This document shows, in pieces, positions 36,865 through 48,001 of a stretch of 64,000 nt of DNA. This DNA is from Squalus acanthias. Lineage: Eukaryota. A program made the translations under genes and the position numbers. The notes under the pieces are model-generated. The model was not told where the DNA came from. It worked only from the letters and a program-made list of their open reading frames with translations, and did not search any database. Within the stretch, counting starts at the first letter, position 1. Every line of letters begins with the position of its first letter. The stretch is taken from NCBI GenBank assembly GCA_030390025.1, contig CM059433.1, positions 14,820,001-14,884,000 of the forward strand, given 5' to 3'.

Positions 36865-38166
36865 GTGAGCCTAACATCAGTGGTAGGGAAATTATTGGAA
36901 AAAACTCTGAGGGACAGAATTAGTCTCCACTTGGAGAGGCAAGGATTAATCAAGCATAGTCAGCATGGCTTTGTCAGGGGGAGATCAGGTCTAACCAATT
37001 TGATTGAATTTTTCGAGGGGTTGACTAGGTGTGTGGATGAGGGTAGTGCAGTTGATGTAGTCTACCTGGACTTCAGTAAGGCTTTTGACAAAGTCCCGCA
37101 TGGGAGACTGGTCAAGAAGGTAAGAGCCCATAGGATCCAGGGCAATTTGGCACATTGGATACAAAATTGGCTTAGTGGCAGGAGGCAGAGGGTGATGGTC
37201 AAAGGTTGTTTTTGTGACTGGAAGCCTGTGTCCAGTGGTGTACCGCAGGGATCAGTGCTGGGTCCTTTGCTGTTTGTAGTGTACATTAATGATTTAGATA
37301 TGAATGTAGGAGGTATGATCAGTAAGTTCGCAGATGACACAAAAATTGGTGGAGTGGTAAATAGCGAGGAGGGAAGCCTCAGGCTACAGGACGATATAGA
37401 CGGGATGGTTAGATGGGCAGAACAGTGGCAAATGGAATTTAACCCTGAAAAGTGTGAGGTGATGCATTTTGGGAGGACTAACAAGGCAAGGGAATACACA
37501 ATGAATGGTAGGACCCTAGGAAGGACAGAGGATCAGAGGGACCTTGGTGTGCATGTAGATAGATCCCTGAAGGCAGCAGGACAGGTAGATAAGGTGGTCA
37601 AAAAGGCATATGGGATACTTGCCTTCATTAGCCGAGGCATAGAATATAAGAACAGGGAGGTTATGATGGAGCTGTACAAAACGCTAGTTAGGCCACAGCT
37701 GGAATACTGTGTGCAGTTCTGGTCGCCACACTATAGGAAGGATGTGATTGCATTGGAGAGGGTGCAGAGGAGATTCACCAGGATGTTACCTGCGCTGGAG
37801 CGCTTCAGCTATGAAGAGAGACTGGACAGGCTGGGGTTGTTTTCCTCAGAGCAGAGAAGGCTGAGGGGGGACCTGATTGAGGTGTACAAAATTATGAGGG
37901 GCATAGATAGGGTAGATAGAAAGGAAATTTTCCCCTTAGTAGAGGGGTCAATAACCAGGGGACATAGTTTCAAGGTAAGGGGCAGGAGGTTTAGAGGGGA
38001 TTTGAGGAAAAACTTTTTCACCCAGAGGGTGGTTGGAATCTGGAACTCACTACCTGAAAGGGTGGTAGAGGCAGGAACCCTCACAACAGTCAAGAAGCAT
38101 TTAGATGAGCACTTGAACCGCCATAGCATACAAGGCTACGGACCAAGTGCTGGAAAATGGGATTAG
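36865..38166 (+). CDS. CR1 ORF2 RT domain and C-terminus, 5'-truncated but uninterrupted (element ~36830-38245)
   Basis: 433-codon open frame: QHGF, YLDFSKAFDKV, GVPQGSVLGP, FADDTK; true start missing. Confidence 0.9.
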   Translation: MSLTSVVGKLLEKTLRDRISLHLERQGLIKHSQHGFVRGRSGLTNLIEFFEGLTRCVDEGSAVDVVYLDFSKAFDKVPHGRLVKKVRAHRIQGNLAHWIQNWLSGRRQRVMVKGCFCDWKPVSSGVPQGSVLGPLLFVVYINDLDMNVGGMISKFADDTKIGGVVNSEEGSLRLQDDIDGMVRWAEQWQMEFNPEKCEVMHFGRTNKAREYTMNGRTLGRTEDQRDLGVHVDRSLKAAGQVDKVVKKAYGILAFISRGIEYKNREVMMELYKTLVRPQLEYCVQFWSPHYRKDVIALERVQRRFTRMLPALERFSYEERLDRLGLFSSEQRRLRGDLIEVYKIMRGIDRVDRKEIFPLVEGSITRGHSFKVRGRRFRGDLRKNFFTQRVVGIWNSLPERVVEAGTLTTVKKHLDEHLNRHSIQGYGPSAGKWD

Positions 38167-38398
38167 AATAGATAGGGCTTGATGGTCGGCGCGGACACGA
38201 TGGGCCGAAGGGCCTCTTTCTGTGCTGTATAACTCTATAATCTATGTTAGATGTCATCTAGGTTTCCGCGTTGGCCTCATAATTGACTGGTAGATGCATT
38301 ATGTTTTCAAAGCATTGAAGGTATTTTGACTTTCCTATTATGAGCAGCTGTAGCCTATCTGTTCCAATCATGTTGGCAGTGGCTAGAATTGAAACACG

Positions 38399-39414
38399 GG
38401 GCTGAATATTAACTCCCAAAAACAGGTGCGTTGCGGTCGTGTCAGAGGTTAAAATGCAAAGAATCTGAAACAGGAACCCAATGTACCTCCAACCCTCCCA
38501 CTTACGATTTTAACGGAGCGGGATGATGGGTGGGCGACCTATCTGCTCGCAGGAAGATGGTTGGTCATTTAAATGTTGTAATGAGGCTGCCTGCCTTCAT
38601 TTTAACAGTCATTCTATTTTTAACTCATTTTGGCTGGGTTTCCCGGGCTTCGAGAAACCTGGCAGCTGCAAGGAGGCGAGAAGGGCTGAATTTGTAAGCT
38701 AAGTGCCTTTACGGCACTGCTTGTTGGCCAGGAGGAACAGGAGTGTTTCCTCATGGCCCAACAAGCTACTCCGTAACCCCCACCCCGGGATCTGACTGCT
38801 CTCCCCCGGCCGCCATCGTACCCCTCGACCACCATTGGACCCCCACAATCACCATCTGACCCCCCCAACCACCATTTGCCCCCTGACCAACATTTGCCCC
38901 TCGACCATCATCTGACCCCCCCAACCAACATTTGCCCCCCGATCACTATTTGCCGCCTCCCCCCACAAGCTCGACCACCATCTGCCCCCCACCCCGACCA
39001 CCATATTACACCCCCCGAGATCAGGACCCTCCCAACTATATTCGGACCCCCCTCCCACCGCCCCCCCCCCCCCCCCCCGCAATTGGAACAACGCTGCAAT
39101 CGGGAGCCACCTCACGATCGGGATCCCCCCACTGCGGTCACGACTCCCCCCCACCCCATCCACCCTCTCACGATCTCGCTCTCTCCCCCAATACCTGCTC
39201 TCGTAGGCTTTGGCCTTGTGAAGCAGGCTTCCTACCCGAAAGGCCGCCAGCCTGTCAATCAGGCTGTCGGTGGGCGAGAACCCAACAGAAAAAAGTTTAA
39301 AGGAGACCTGCAGTTAAAAACTGCAGGACATTCTGGAAACCCGTTCTTCAGGGTTTCACGACCTCACAACAGACACCCCCGCACAATACTTGCCTCCAGG
39401 CTAAGATCCAGGCC
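38399..39414. mobile_element. Harbinger-like MITE with C-rich degenerate repeat core
   Basis: gggctgaatattaac ... aagatccaggcc, TSD ACG. Confidence 0.75.
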
Positions 39415-39448
39415 ACGCTCCTTATGTTGTTTACCCTCAGTACACGGT

Positions 39449-42400
39449 TAGAATCATAGAATCATACAGCACAGAAGGAGGACATGTGGCCCATTGTGCC
39501 TGTGTTGCCTCTTGGAAAGAGCGATCCAATTAGTCCCACTCCCCTACTCTTTCTCCACTGCCTACAAATTTTTCCTTTTCTCGTATTTAATCCAATTTCC
39601 TTTTGAAAGTTACTATTGAATTTGCTTCCTCCACCCTTACAGGCAATGCATTCCAGATCATCATAACTCGCCGCATAAAAAAAGTGTCACCTTATCTCCA
39701 CTCTGGTACTTTTGCAATTTCCATAAATTTGTGCCCTTTGGTTACCGACACTCCTGCTGGTGGAAACAGTTTCTCCCGATGTACTCTATAAAAACCCAAC
39801 AAAATTTGAACACCTCTATTAAATCTGCCCTTAAACTTTGCTCCTCTAAAGAGAACAATCCCAGCTTCTCTAATCTCGCCACATAAATGGGAAAGGTAGC
39901 ATAGTGGTTATGTTGCTGGACTCGTAGTCCAGCAGCCTTGACTAATCTAGTGACGTGCGTTCAAATCCCACCACGGCAGCTGTGGAAATTTAAATTCAGT
40001 TAATTAAATAAATCTGGAATTAAAAAGCTAGTATCAGTAATGGTGACCATGAAACTATCAGATTGTCATTAAAAACCCATCTGGTTCACTAATGTCCTTT
40101 AGAGAAGGAAATCTGCCGTCCTTAATTGGTCTGGCATATAGGTGACTCCAGACCCACAGCAATGTAGTGGCACTACCCTCTGAAATGGCCTAGCAAGCCA
40201 CTCAGTTGTAACAAACTGCTACGAAAAACAATAATTGAATAAAACCGGACGGACCACCCAGCATTCGACCTAGGCACCAGCTTCAGACATGACCACGGCA
40301 CACCTCAGTCCACCCTGAAAAGTCCTCCTCACTAACATCTGGGGACTTGTGCCAAAATTGGGAGAGCTGCTGCACAGACTAGTCAAGCAACAGCCTGACA
40401 TAGTCAGACTCACAGAATCATACCTTTCAGCCAATGGCCCAGACTCCTCCATCACCATCCCTGGGTATGTCCTGCCAGTAGGACAGGGCATCGTGTACTA
40501 GTGAGTCCTCAGTCAGGAGGGTATGGAGCTGGGTGTCCTCAACATTGACTCTGGACTCGATGAAGTCTCATGGCTTCAGGTCAAGTATGGGCAAGGAAAC
40601 CTCCTGCTGATTCCCAACTACCGCCCTCCCTCAGCTGATGAATCAGTACTCCGCCATGTTGAACACCACTTGGAAGAAGCACTGAGCTGCAAGGGCTCAG
40701 AATGTACTCTGGGTTGGGGACTTCAATGTCCATCACCAAGAGTGGCTCGGTAGCACCAATACTGACCGAGTCCTGAAGGACATAACTGCCAGTCTGGGCC
40801 TGCGACAGGTGATGAGGGAAAAACCTACTTGACCTCATCCTCACCAATCTACCTGTTGCAGATGCATCAGTCCATGGCAGTAACAACCGCACAGTCCTTG
40901 TGGAGATGAAGTCCTATCTTCACACTGAGGACATCCTCAATCGTGCTGTGTGGCACTACCACCATGCTAACTGGGATAGACTCAGAACAGCTCAAAACTG
41001 AGCAGTGAGGCACTGTGGAGCAGCAGCAGAATTGTATTCCACCACAATCTATGGCCTGGCATATGCCTCACTCTGCCATTACCATCAAGCCAGGGGACCA
41101 ACCCCGGTTCAATGAGGAGTGCAGAAGAGCATGCCAGGAGCAGCACCAGGTGTACCTAAAACTGAAGTGTCAACCTGGGGAAGCTCCAACACAGAACTAC
41201 ATGCAAGCAGCATGATATAGACAGAGCTAAGCGATCCCACAACCAATGGATTAGATCAAAGTCCTGCCACATCCAGTCGTGAATGGTAGTGGACAACTAA
41301 CAGGAGGAGGAGGCTCCATGAATATCCCCATCTTCAACGATGTTGGAGCCCAGCACGCGAATGCAAAAGACAAGGCTGAAGCATCTTCAGCCAGAAGTGC
41401 CGAGTGAATGATCCATATCGGCCTCCTCCCGAGGTCCGCACCATCACAGAAGCCAGTATTCAGCCAATTCGATTCACTCCACATGTTATCAAGGAATGGC
41501 TGAGCGCACTGGATACAGCAAAGGTTATGGGCCCTGACAACATCCCGGCTATCGTGCTGAAGACTTGTGCTCCAGAACTAGCCGCACCTCTAGCCAAGCT
41601 GTTCCAGTACAGCTATAACACTGGCATCTACCCGACAATGTGGAAAACTGCCCAGGTATGACCTGCCCACAAAAAGCAGGATAAATCTAATCCAGCCAAT
41701 TACCGCCCCATCAGTCTATTCTCAATCATCAGCAAAGTGATGTAAGGTGTCGTCGATAGTGCTATCAAGCAGCACTTACTCACTAATAGCCTGCTCACCG
41801 ATGCTCAGTTTGGGTTCCGCCAGGACCACTCGGCCCCAGACCTCATTACAGCCTTGGTCCAAACATGGACAAAAGAGCTGAATTCCAGAGGTGAGGTGAG
41901 GGTGACTGCCCTTGACATCAAGGCAATGTTTGACCGAATGTAGCATCAAGAAGTCCTAGTAAAACTGAAGTCAATGGGAACCGGAGGAAAAACACACCAC
42001 TGGCTGGAGTCATACCTAGCACAAAGGAAAATGTTTGTGATGGTTGGAAGTCAATCATTACAGCCACAGGACATCGCTACAGGAGTTTCTCAGGGCAGTG
42101 TCCTAGGCCCAACCATCTTCAGCTGCTTTATCAATGACCTTCCTTCCATCATAAGGTCAGAAGTGGTGGTATTCGCTGATGACTACACAGTGTTCAGTGC
42201 CATTCGCAACTCCTCAGATAATGAAGCAGTCCATGCCCGCATGCAGCAAGACCTGGATGACATTCAGGCTTGGACTGATAAGTGGCAAGTAACATTCGTA
42301 CCACACAAGTGCCAGGCAATGACTATCTCCAACAAGCGAGAGTCTAACTACTGCCCCTTGACATTCAATGGCATTACCATCACCGAATCCCCCACCATTA

Positions 42401-43415
42401 ACATCCTGGGGGTCACCATTAACCAGAAACTTAACAGGACCAGCCACATAAATATTGTGGCTGGTCAGATGCTGGGTATTCTGCGGTGATTGTCTCACTT
42501 CCTGACTCCCCAAAGCCTTTCCACCATCTACAAGGTACAAGTAAGGAGTGTGATGGAATACTCTCCACTTGCCTGGATGAGTGCAGCTCCAACAACACTC
42601 AAGAAGCTCGACACTATCCAGGAAAAGAGTTCCGCTGGATTGGCACCACCTTAAGTATTAACTCCCTCCACCACCGGCGCACTGTGGCTGCAGTGTGTAC
42701 CATCTACAAGATCCACTGCAGCCACTCGCCAAGGCTTCTTCGGCAGCACCTCCCAAACCCGCGACCTCTATCACCGAGAAGGACAAGGGCAGCAGACGCA
42801 TGGGAACACCACCACCTTCAAGTTCCCCTCCACATTACACATCATCCGGACTTGGAAGTATATCGCCATTCCTTCATCGTCTCTGGGTCAAAATCCTGGC
42901 ACTCCCTCCCTAACAGCACTGTAGGAGTACCTTCACCACACAGACTGCAGCGGTTCAAGAAGGCGGCTCACCACCACCTTCTCAAGGGCAGATAGGGATG
43001 GGCAATAAATGCTGGCCTTTCCAGCGATGCCCACATCCCAGGAACAAATTAAAAAAAACATAATTGCAGTCCCTCATCCCTGGTACCATTCTGGTAAATC
43101 CCTTCTGCACCCTCTCTAAGGCCTTGACATCCTTCCTAAAGTCTGGTGCCCAGAATTTTACACAATACTGCAGCTGGGGCCTAACCAGTGTTTTATAAAG
43201 GTTTGGCATATCTTCCTTATTTTTATACTCTATGCCTCTCTTTATTAAGCCAAGGATCCCGTATGCTTTTAAACCGTCTTCTCAACTTGTCCTGCCATCT
43301 TCAAAGATTTGTGTACGTAAACGATTTGTGTCTCTCTGTTCCTGCATCCCCTTTAAAATTGTACCATTTAATTTATATTGCCTCTCCTCATTCTTCCTTC
43401 CAAAGTGCATCACTT
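39449..43415 (-). mobile_element. CR1 3' fragment (39449-39886 and 43058-43415) split by the tRNA-headed LINE
   Basis: LYKTLVRPQLQYCVKFWAP...RMVPGMRDCNY continues into 39886-39449; tagaatcatagaatcat tail. Confidence 0.85.
39887..43057 (+). mobile_element. Full-length single-ORF LINE (CR1/L2-group APE-RT, decayed) with tRNA-derived head
   Basis: TSD acataa; A-box-like ggtagcatagtggtt, B-box-like gttcaaatccc; APE motifs TNIWGL..PDIVRLTESYL and GDFNVH; RT motifs NYRPISL, QFGFR, QGSVLGP, FADD; A-tail. Confidence 0.88.
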
Positions 43416-43977
43416 CTCATTTCACAAGGTTGTCCCTTGATGCAGTAGGTTTCGTCCAGGCTGAGCTTAAAAAACAAGGCTGTCATGTCCGCATTATTAA
43501 TATGGCCCGAAATGTGGCCCTGCAGAATTTCATAGACATGAGTCTTCTACTTGTCGAGCCGGGTCAAGTCAGTAGATTCGATCTCGCGGCATATTTACTG
43601 GTATACAACCACATGCTGAGCCTTGAAGCGACCAAACCACCTGTTGCTGTCAGTGAAATTTTCCATGCCTCGCTGATCAGCAAAAAGCTTTGACCTTCTC
43701 AATGAACATGTCCCGATCAATTGCGATGGTGGGATTTTGGACACGTTTTTCATTAGATCACATGGATAATGCATCCTCAACATCTTCATAAATGTATTTA
43801 TTTTTGTCTGTGATGCGCATGTTACAACTGCATACTCAGCCCTTCCGTGTTCAACACCTTCACGGAGAAGGTTCATCAGGCTTCATTTCTGGACTTTCCA
43901 CCCTCAATTGCTTTGATTGCACAATATTTATGATTGAGTGCCTCAAGTTAAGTTTGCATTTAAACCCAGTCTGGGTC

Positions 43978-44260
43978 AACCTCCCAAACCCACGAACCCT
44001 ACCACCTACAAGGACAAGGGCAGCAGGCGCATGGGAACACCACCACTTCCACGTTCCCCTCCAAGTCACACACCATCCTGACTTGGAAATATATCGGCCG
44101 TTCCCTCATCGTTGCTGGGTCAAAATCCTGGAACTCCCTCCCTAACAGCACTGTGGGAGTACCTTCACCACAAGGACCAGTCACATAAATACTGTGGCAA
44201 CAAGAGCAGGTCAGAGGCTAGGTATTCTCAAGGGCAATTAGGGATGGGCAATAAATGCAG
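43978..44260 (+). mobile_element. Rearranged 3' fragment of the tRNA-headed LINE family
   Basis: Matches 42750-43010 except for a swapped-in segment at 44174-44228. Confidence 0.8.
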
Positions 44261-45194
44261 TAAACTATGATCAGCTCTCATAACAAGGCTAATTTATGAG
44301 CCTAATAAGCATGAGCCACTCACTCATGTGTCACACATAAAGATAAGGCCCTGGCAATATAAAAGGTCATGAATTGAGTCCTTTAATACTGTTAAGGACA
44401 TTAAAAATTAGTCAAATTAGGGTGCCAGAGTTTATGTGGATGTCAACATACACAGTAAGTATTTGGTATTAGTGTGCAGAGAAGGGACTGGGACTTCAGC
44501 TTTATTGTGGATATAAGCAGAATGTCGACATAAACGAGTTTGACATAAGTGGGTAGGACTGTATCTTATATTAAGCTGACTTGAACACATAAATAATCTA
44601 GCACAATATAATTTAGTAGATGCAGTTAACTTATATGTAGGGCATATTTAACTCATTACTTACACTGTAAAATAGGCATCTTACATGTACTGTTAGAATA
44701 GGTATACCAGGTAGAATATCCCATAAAAGAATTTCCTAATGTTAAACATACAAGCACACACACGTTAAACTAATTCTGCAGTCGTTGTAGGAGGCCACAC
44801 ACAGCATGAGGTCAGGTCCTAGTGTTATCCCAGACACTACGCACTAACAGTTCGTGGGGAGAGATGAGAAATGCTATGGGCATAAGGCCAGATAGTCTGG
44901 AGGCAGGTTGGGAATGCAAAAATAGCACTAGCTATATGATGTACCGAAAGGAGATAAGGAAGTGAAGGCCATGATTGATATGTAGCTTTCTCGTGCAGAG
45001 AGAACAATGAACAAAAGGCAGATGATTCCACTGGAGGGAAAAACATAAGAACCTCACTTGACATGATGGCATAGTAGGTAACGTACTCGCGTATTAACCA
45101 GATGTTAGGAGGATGTAATTAACCCTACAAAAGATATGATCCATGGGAGCGCCTCACGGACTTCTACCTAGTCTTGCTTAGGTTGGTGAGAGGA

Positions 45195-45355
45195 GACTCA
45201 ATCTTATCTTTCAAAAGGGAGTTGGATAAGCATCTGAAGGAAAAAAATTTGCAGGGCTACGGGGAAAGGGCGGGGGAGCGGGACTGGCTGAGAGTCGGCA
45301 CGGGCTCGACGGGCCGAATGACCTTCTTCCGTGCTGTAACCGTTCTATGATTCTA
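45195..45355 (+). mobile_element. CR1 3' tail
   Basis: ttcaaaagggagttggataagc...gggccgaatg..ttctatgattct. Confidence 0.8.
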
Positions 45356-46762
45356 ACACCCAACAAGTCCGTTGCACGTGAATTCCTTTTGATACCAATC
45401 TCATGGGCAATGTTGTATCGATGATTTGATAAATAAAGACTATTAATCAGGCATCTCAGTATTCCCTTGTCCTCAAATTTCTATTAAGAGTTATGATAAA
45501 TGCTTATCTTCTAAACCCTACATATACCAACTTTAAAATCTTGCTGAAGCTTAGATCATTTTGTTTACAATTTATAATTTGTTACTTTTTCAGAGCCATC
45601 AATCCTTTTCCCCTTTCCCACCCGCTGTGTTTGATGGTCAATGTTAGTGTCAGAAGATCTAACTGCCAGTTTTACATACTGCGGTCATATTTTCACAGAT
45701 AATATACTGCAATGCAAGTCAGAAACATCTTTGTGTGGACAGTTTGCACAAAATTAATTGTACTGAAATTATTAATTACACTGTGAACAAAGGAGCCACT
45801 TCAGCTGAATCCAACAGAGGGTCCAATTCTGATCTTTTTTTTGTGAAACTATGAGGCAAAAGCTTCTAATTCTATTGTTCATACCCACTGCGTAATCCTG
45901 GCAACCAGATTTGTGACTTGATCCTAAATACGTGGTGATTCTTGATTTGGAGAAATCATGAATATTTCAGATTTAGATCACGCACCTCACAGGAAGTTAA
46001 AATCCAAACATCTTTAATCTGTTTTTTGTTAAGGCTCGAGTTTCACTAGAATAAGCCTTTTCAAGATCTGTTATATGGACTCAAAGTTAATTCTGATGTC
46101 TTTTCTGTTTATTTTTGGAATTTTTTATTTAAACTGTAAATGTCAAAAACATCAGGAGAGATAATTAGATGTAACAGCATGAAGGAGCTAAATGAACATC
46201 AATAGACACAGTTGTTAACCCAGGTGGTTTCAGCAATTTCCGCTTTATGCTGCAGAAATAAAGGATGCAGTTTATATTCCACAAGTTGATCTCAGTGCCC
46301 AATGCATCGTGTCTGGCTGGGACTAAGGGGGAGAAATTCATTATCGCCGTGTTTGGGGGCGGTAACTTTTGAAAGCTGGGAAACTTCGCTCCAGGCGCTA
46401 ATGATTCCCAGCTTTCACGAAATTGGGTTTAACGCTCCAGGAAGGAAGGAGGCCACAGAGGCAAATAATGCAGCGGATGTGGGAGGTGATCACCAAGGAG
46501 GCAACAGCCAGGTCCTCTGTCCCCAGAACGTGGCTCCAGTGCCGCAAAAAAAATTAACAATTTGACACGAGTGGTCAAGGTAAGATCCCATCTTACAAAC
46601 ACACTGCTCAATAACTGCACCACCACCGGCATCACAACCTCAACACACTGCACCCACCATCTAACACACAGTAACATTCACACACCCCACACTATTGCAT
46701 CCATCAACGGCACTGCTTACACCCCAGACACATCACACAGCTCTTCAACCATGTGAGGCATA

Positions 46763-46763
<1 letters not shown>

Positions 46764-46800
<37 letters not shown>

Positions 46801-46822
46801 ACACACATACACATGCACACAC
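46764..46822. repeat. (CA)n microsatellite
   Basis: Direct inspection. Confidence 0.95.
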
Positions 46823-47812
46823 AAACACAGCTGCCAATACACGCATTCACAATCACCACTTTTTCTCTTCCAGGACAAGATAGCACATAACAGGCATCAG
46901 CAGGACCTGACCAGGGGAGGGGAAGCATGACTGCATGAGATCACTCCCCTTGAGGAGACAGTGCTGGCCGTGATCGGGCAGGGAGTGACAGACACCATGG
47001 CCACAGGCAGAGCAGAGGAAATCTCGACTAGAGGTATTTGGCCACTCCAGCTTCCTTACAGATGCGCGACTATTCCTGATCCCTAATCCCCAAACCTATC
47101 CTCACTCACATGCTCCATATGGCCTCATCACACACAAGGGTAAGAGGAGGAGGATGAGAGCAAGAAAGTTGGCAATGCGTCAATTGCTGCCACTGTCGCA
47201 GGTACCAGCTCATGTAATTTAGAGGCTAGGGTAGAACACGGATCCTCACAGCCGCATGCACTGGGCACTAGAGGGCAGTAGCTACGCTGGTGGAAGGGAC
47301 ACCACAGGTGCCACCTTGCTGAGGGGGGGGGGGGCAAGGTCGCATACTAGTTCTGCTGTAGAGGAGTCAGATGAGGACCTCACAGGAGAGCCTGGGAGCA
47401 AGGGCTCACCTTTGTGCAGTGATTGTCAGTGTTTGCAGCACCTCAATGCGGTCAATCACTGACAGATCAACTGTCAAAATAAAATTGTGTGTGGTACCTT
47501 TAAGGAAACCGGCAGATGACGCGTCATCGAATGACGCCATCAGACCTGCTTCCTGCTAATTGGCCGGCAAGGCCAATTAAGGGAAAATCACGTCTGCAGA
47601 GCGGAGGCAGCTGGGGGGCGGGACCGGAACCTGGAAACCAGCTGACCCGCCCCTGTCCCGCCTCCAGAATTAAGTTCGCGGCCCAAACGCTTGGTGCAAT
47701 GGAGAGCCTGCCTGAAAGCTTACAGGTCATGGCTAGGGGGATGGAGGAGTCCATCCAGCAACTTGTGGAGCCCAACATCATGTAGCATCTGATGACTGAG
47801 GTCGCAGTCATG

Positions 47813-48001
47813 GCAGCTTCCATGGAACGCTAAACAGCTTTCATGGAACGCCAAACAGCTTCCATGGAATGTCAAACAGCTTCCATGGGATGACAAAGTG
47901 CTGCAATGGAAGCCCAAACAGCTTCAATTGAACTACTAGCATCTTCCATGGAATGGCAAAGTGCTGCAATGGAAGCTCAGGCAGCTGCCATGGTGGCTCT
48001 G
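47813..48001 (+). repeat. 21-bp tandem repeat, about 9 units, encoding heptads
   Basis: Units like acagcttccatggaacgccaa. Confidence 0.8.

Larger units (their letters stand above)
34832..44561 (-). mobile_element. Fossil pogo/Tigger DNA transposon fragmented by nested insertions
   Basis: 20-bp TIR cagtcctacccacttatgtc at 34832-34851 and inverted at 44542-44561 (followed by TA); collinear transposase fragments between them. Confidence 0.8.

Noticed and set aside
39895..39975. Functional tRNA gene (also the SINE heads)
   Set aside because: No complete cloverleaf or terminator; embedded in retroelements
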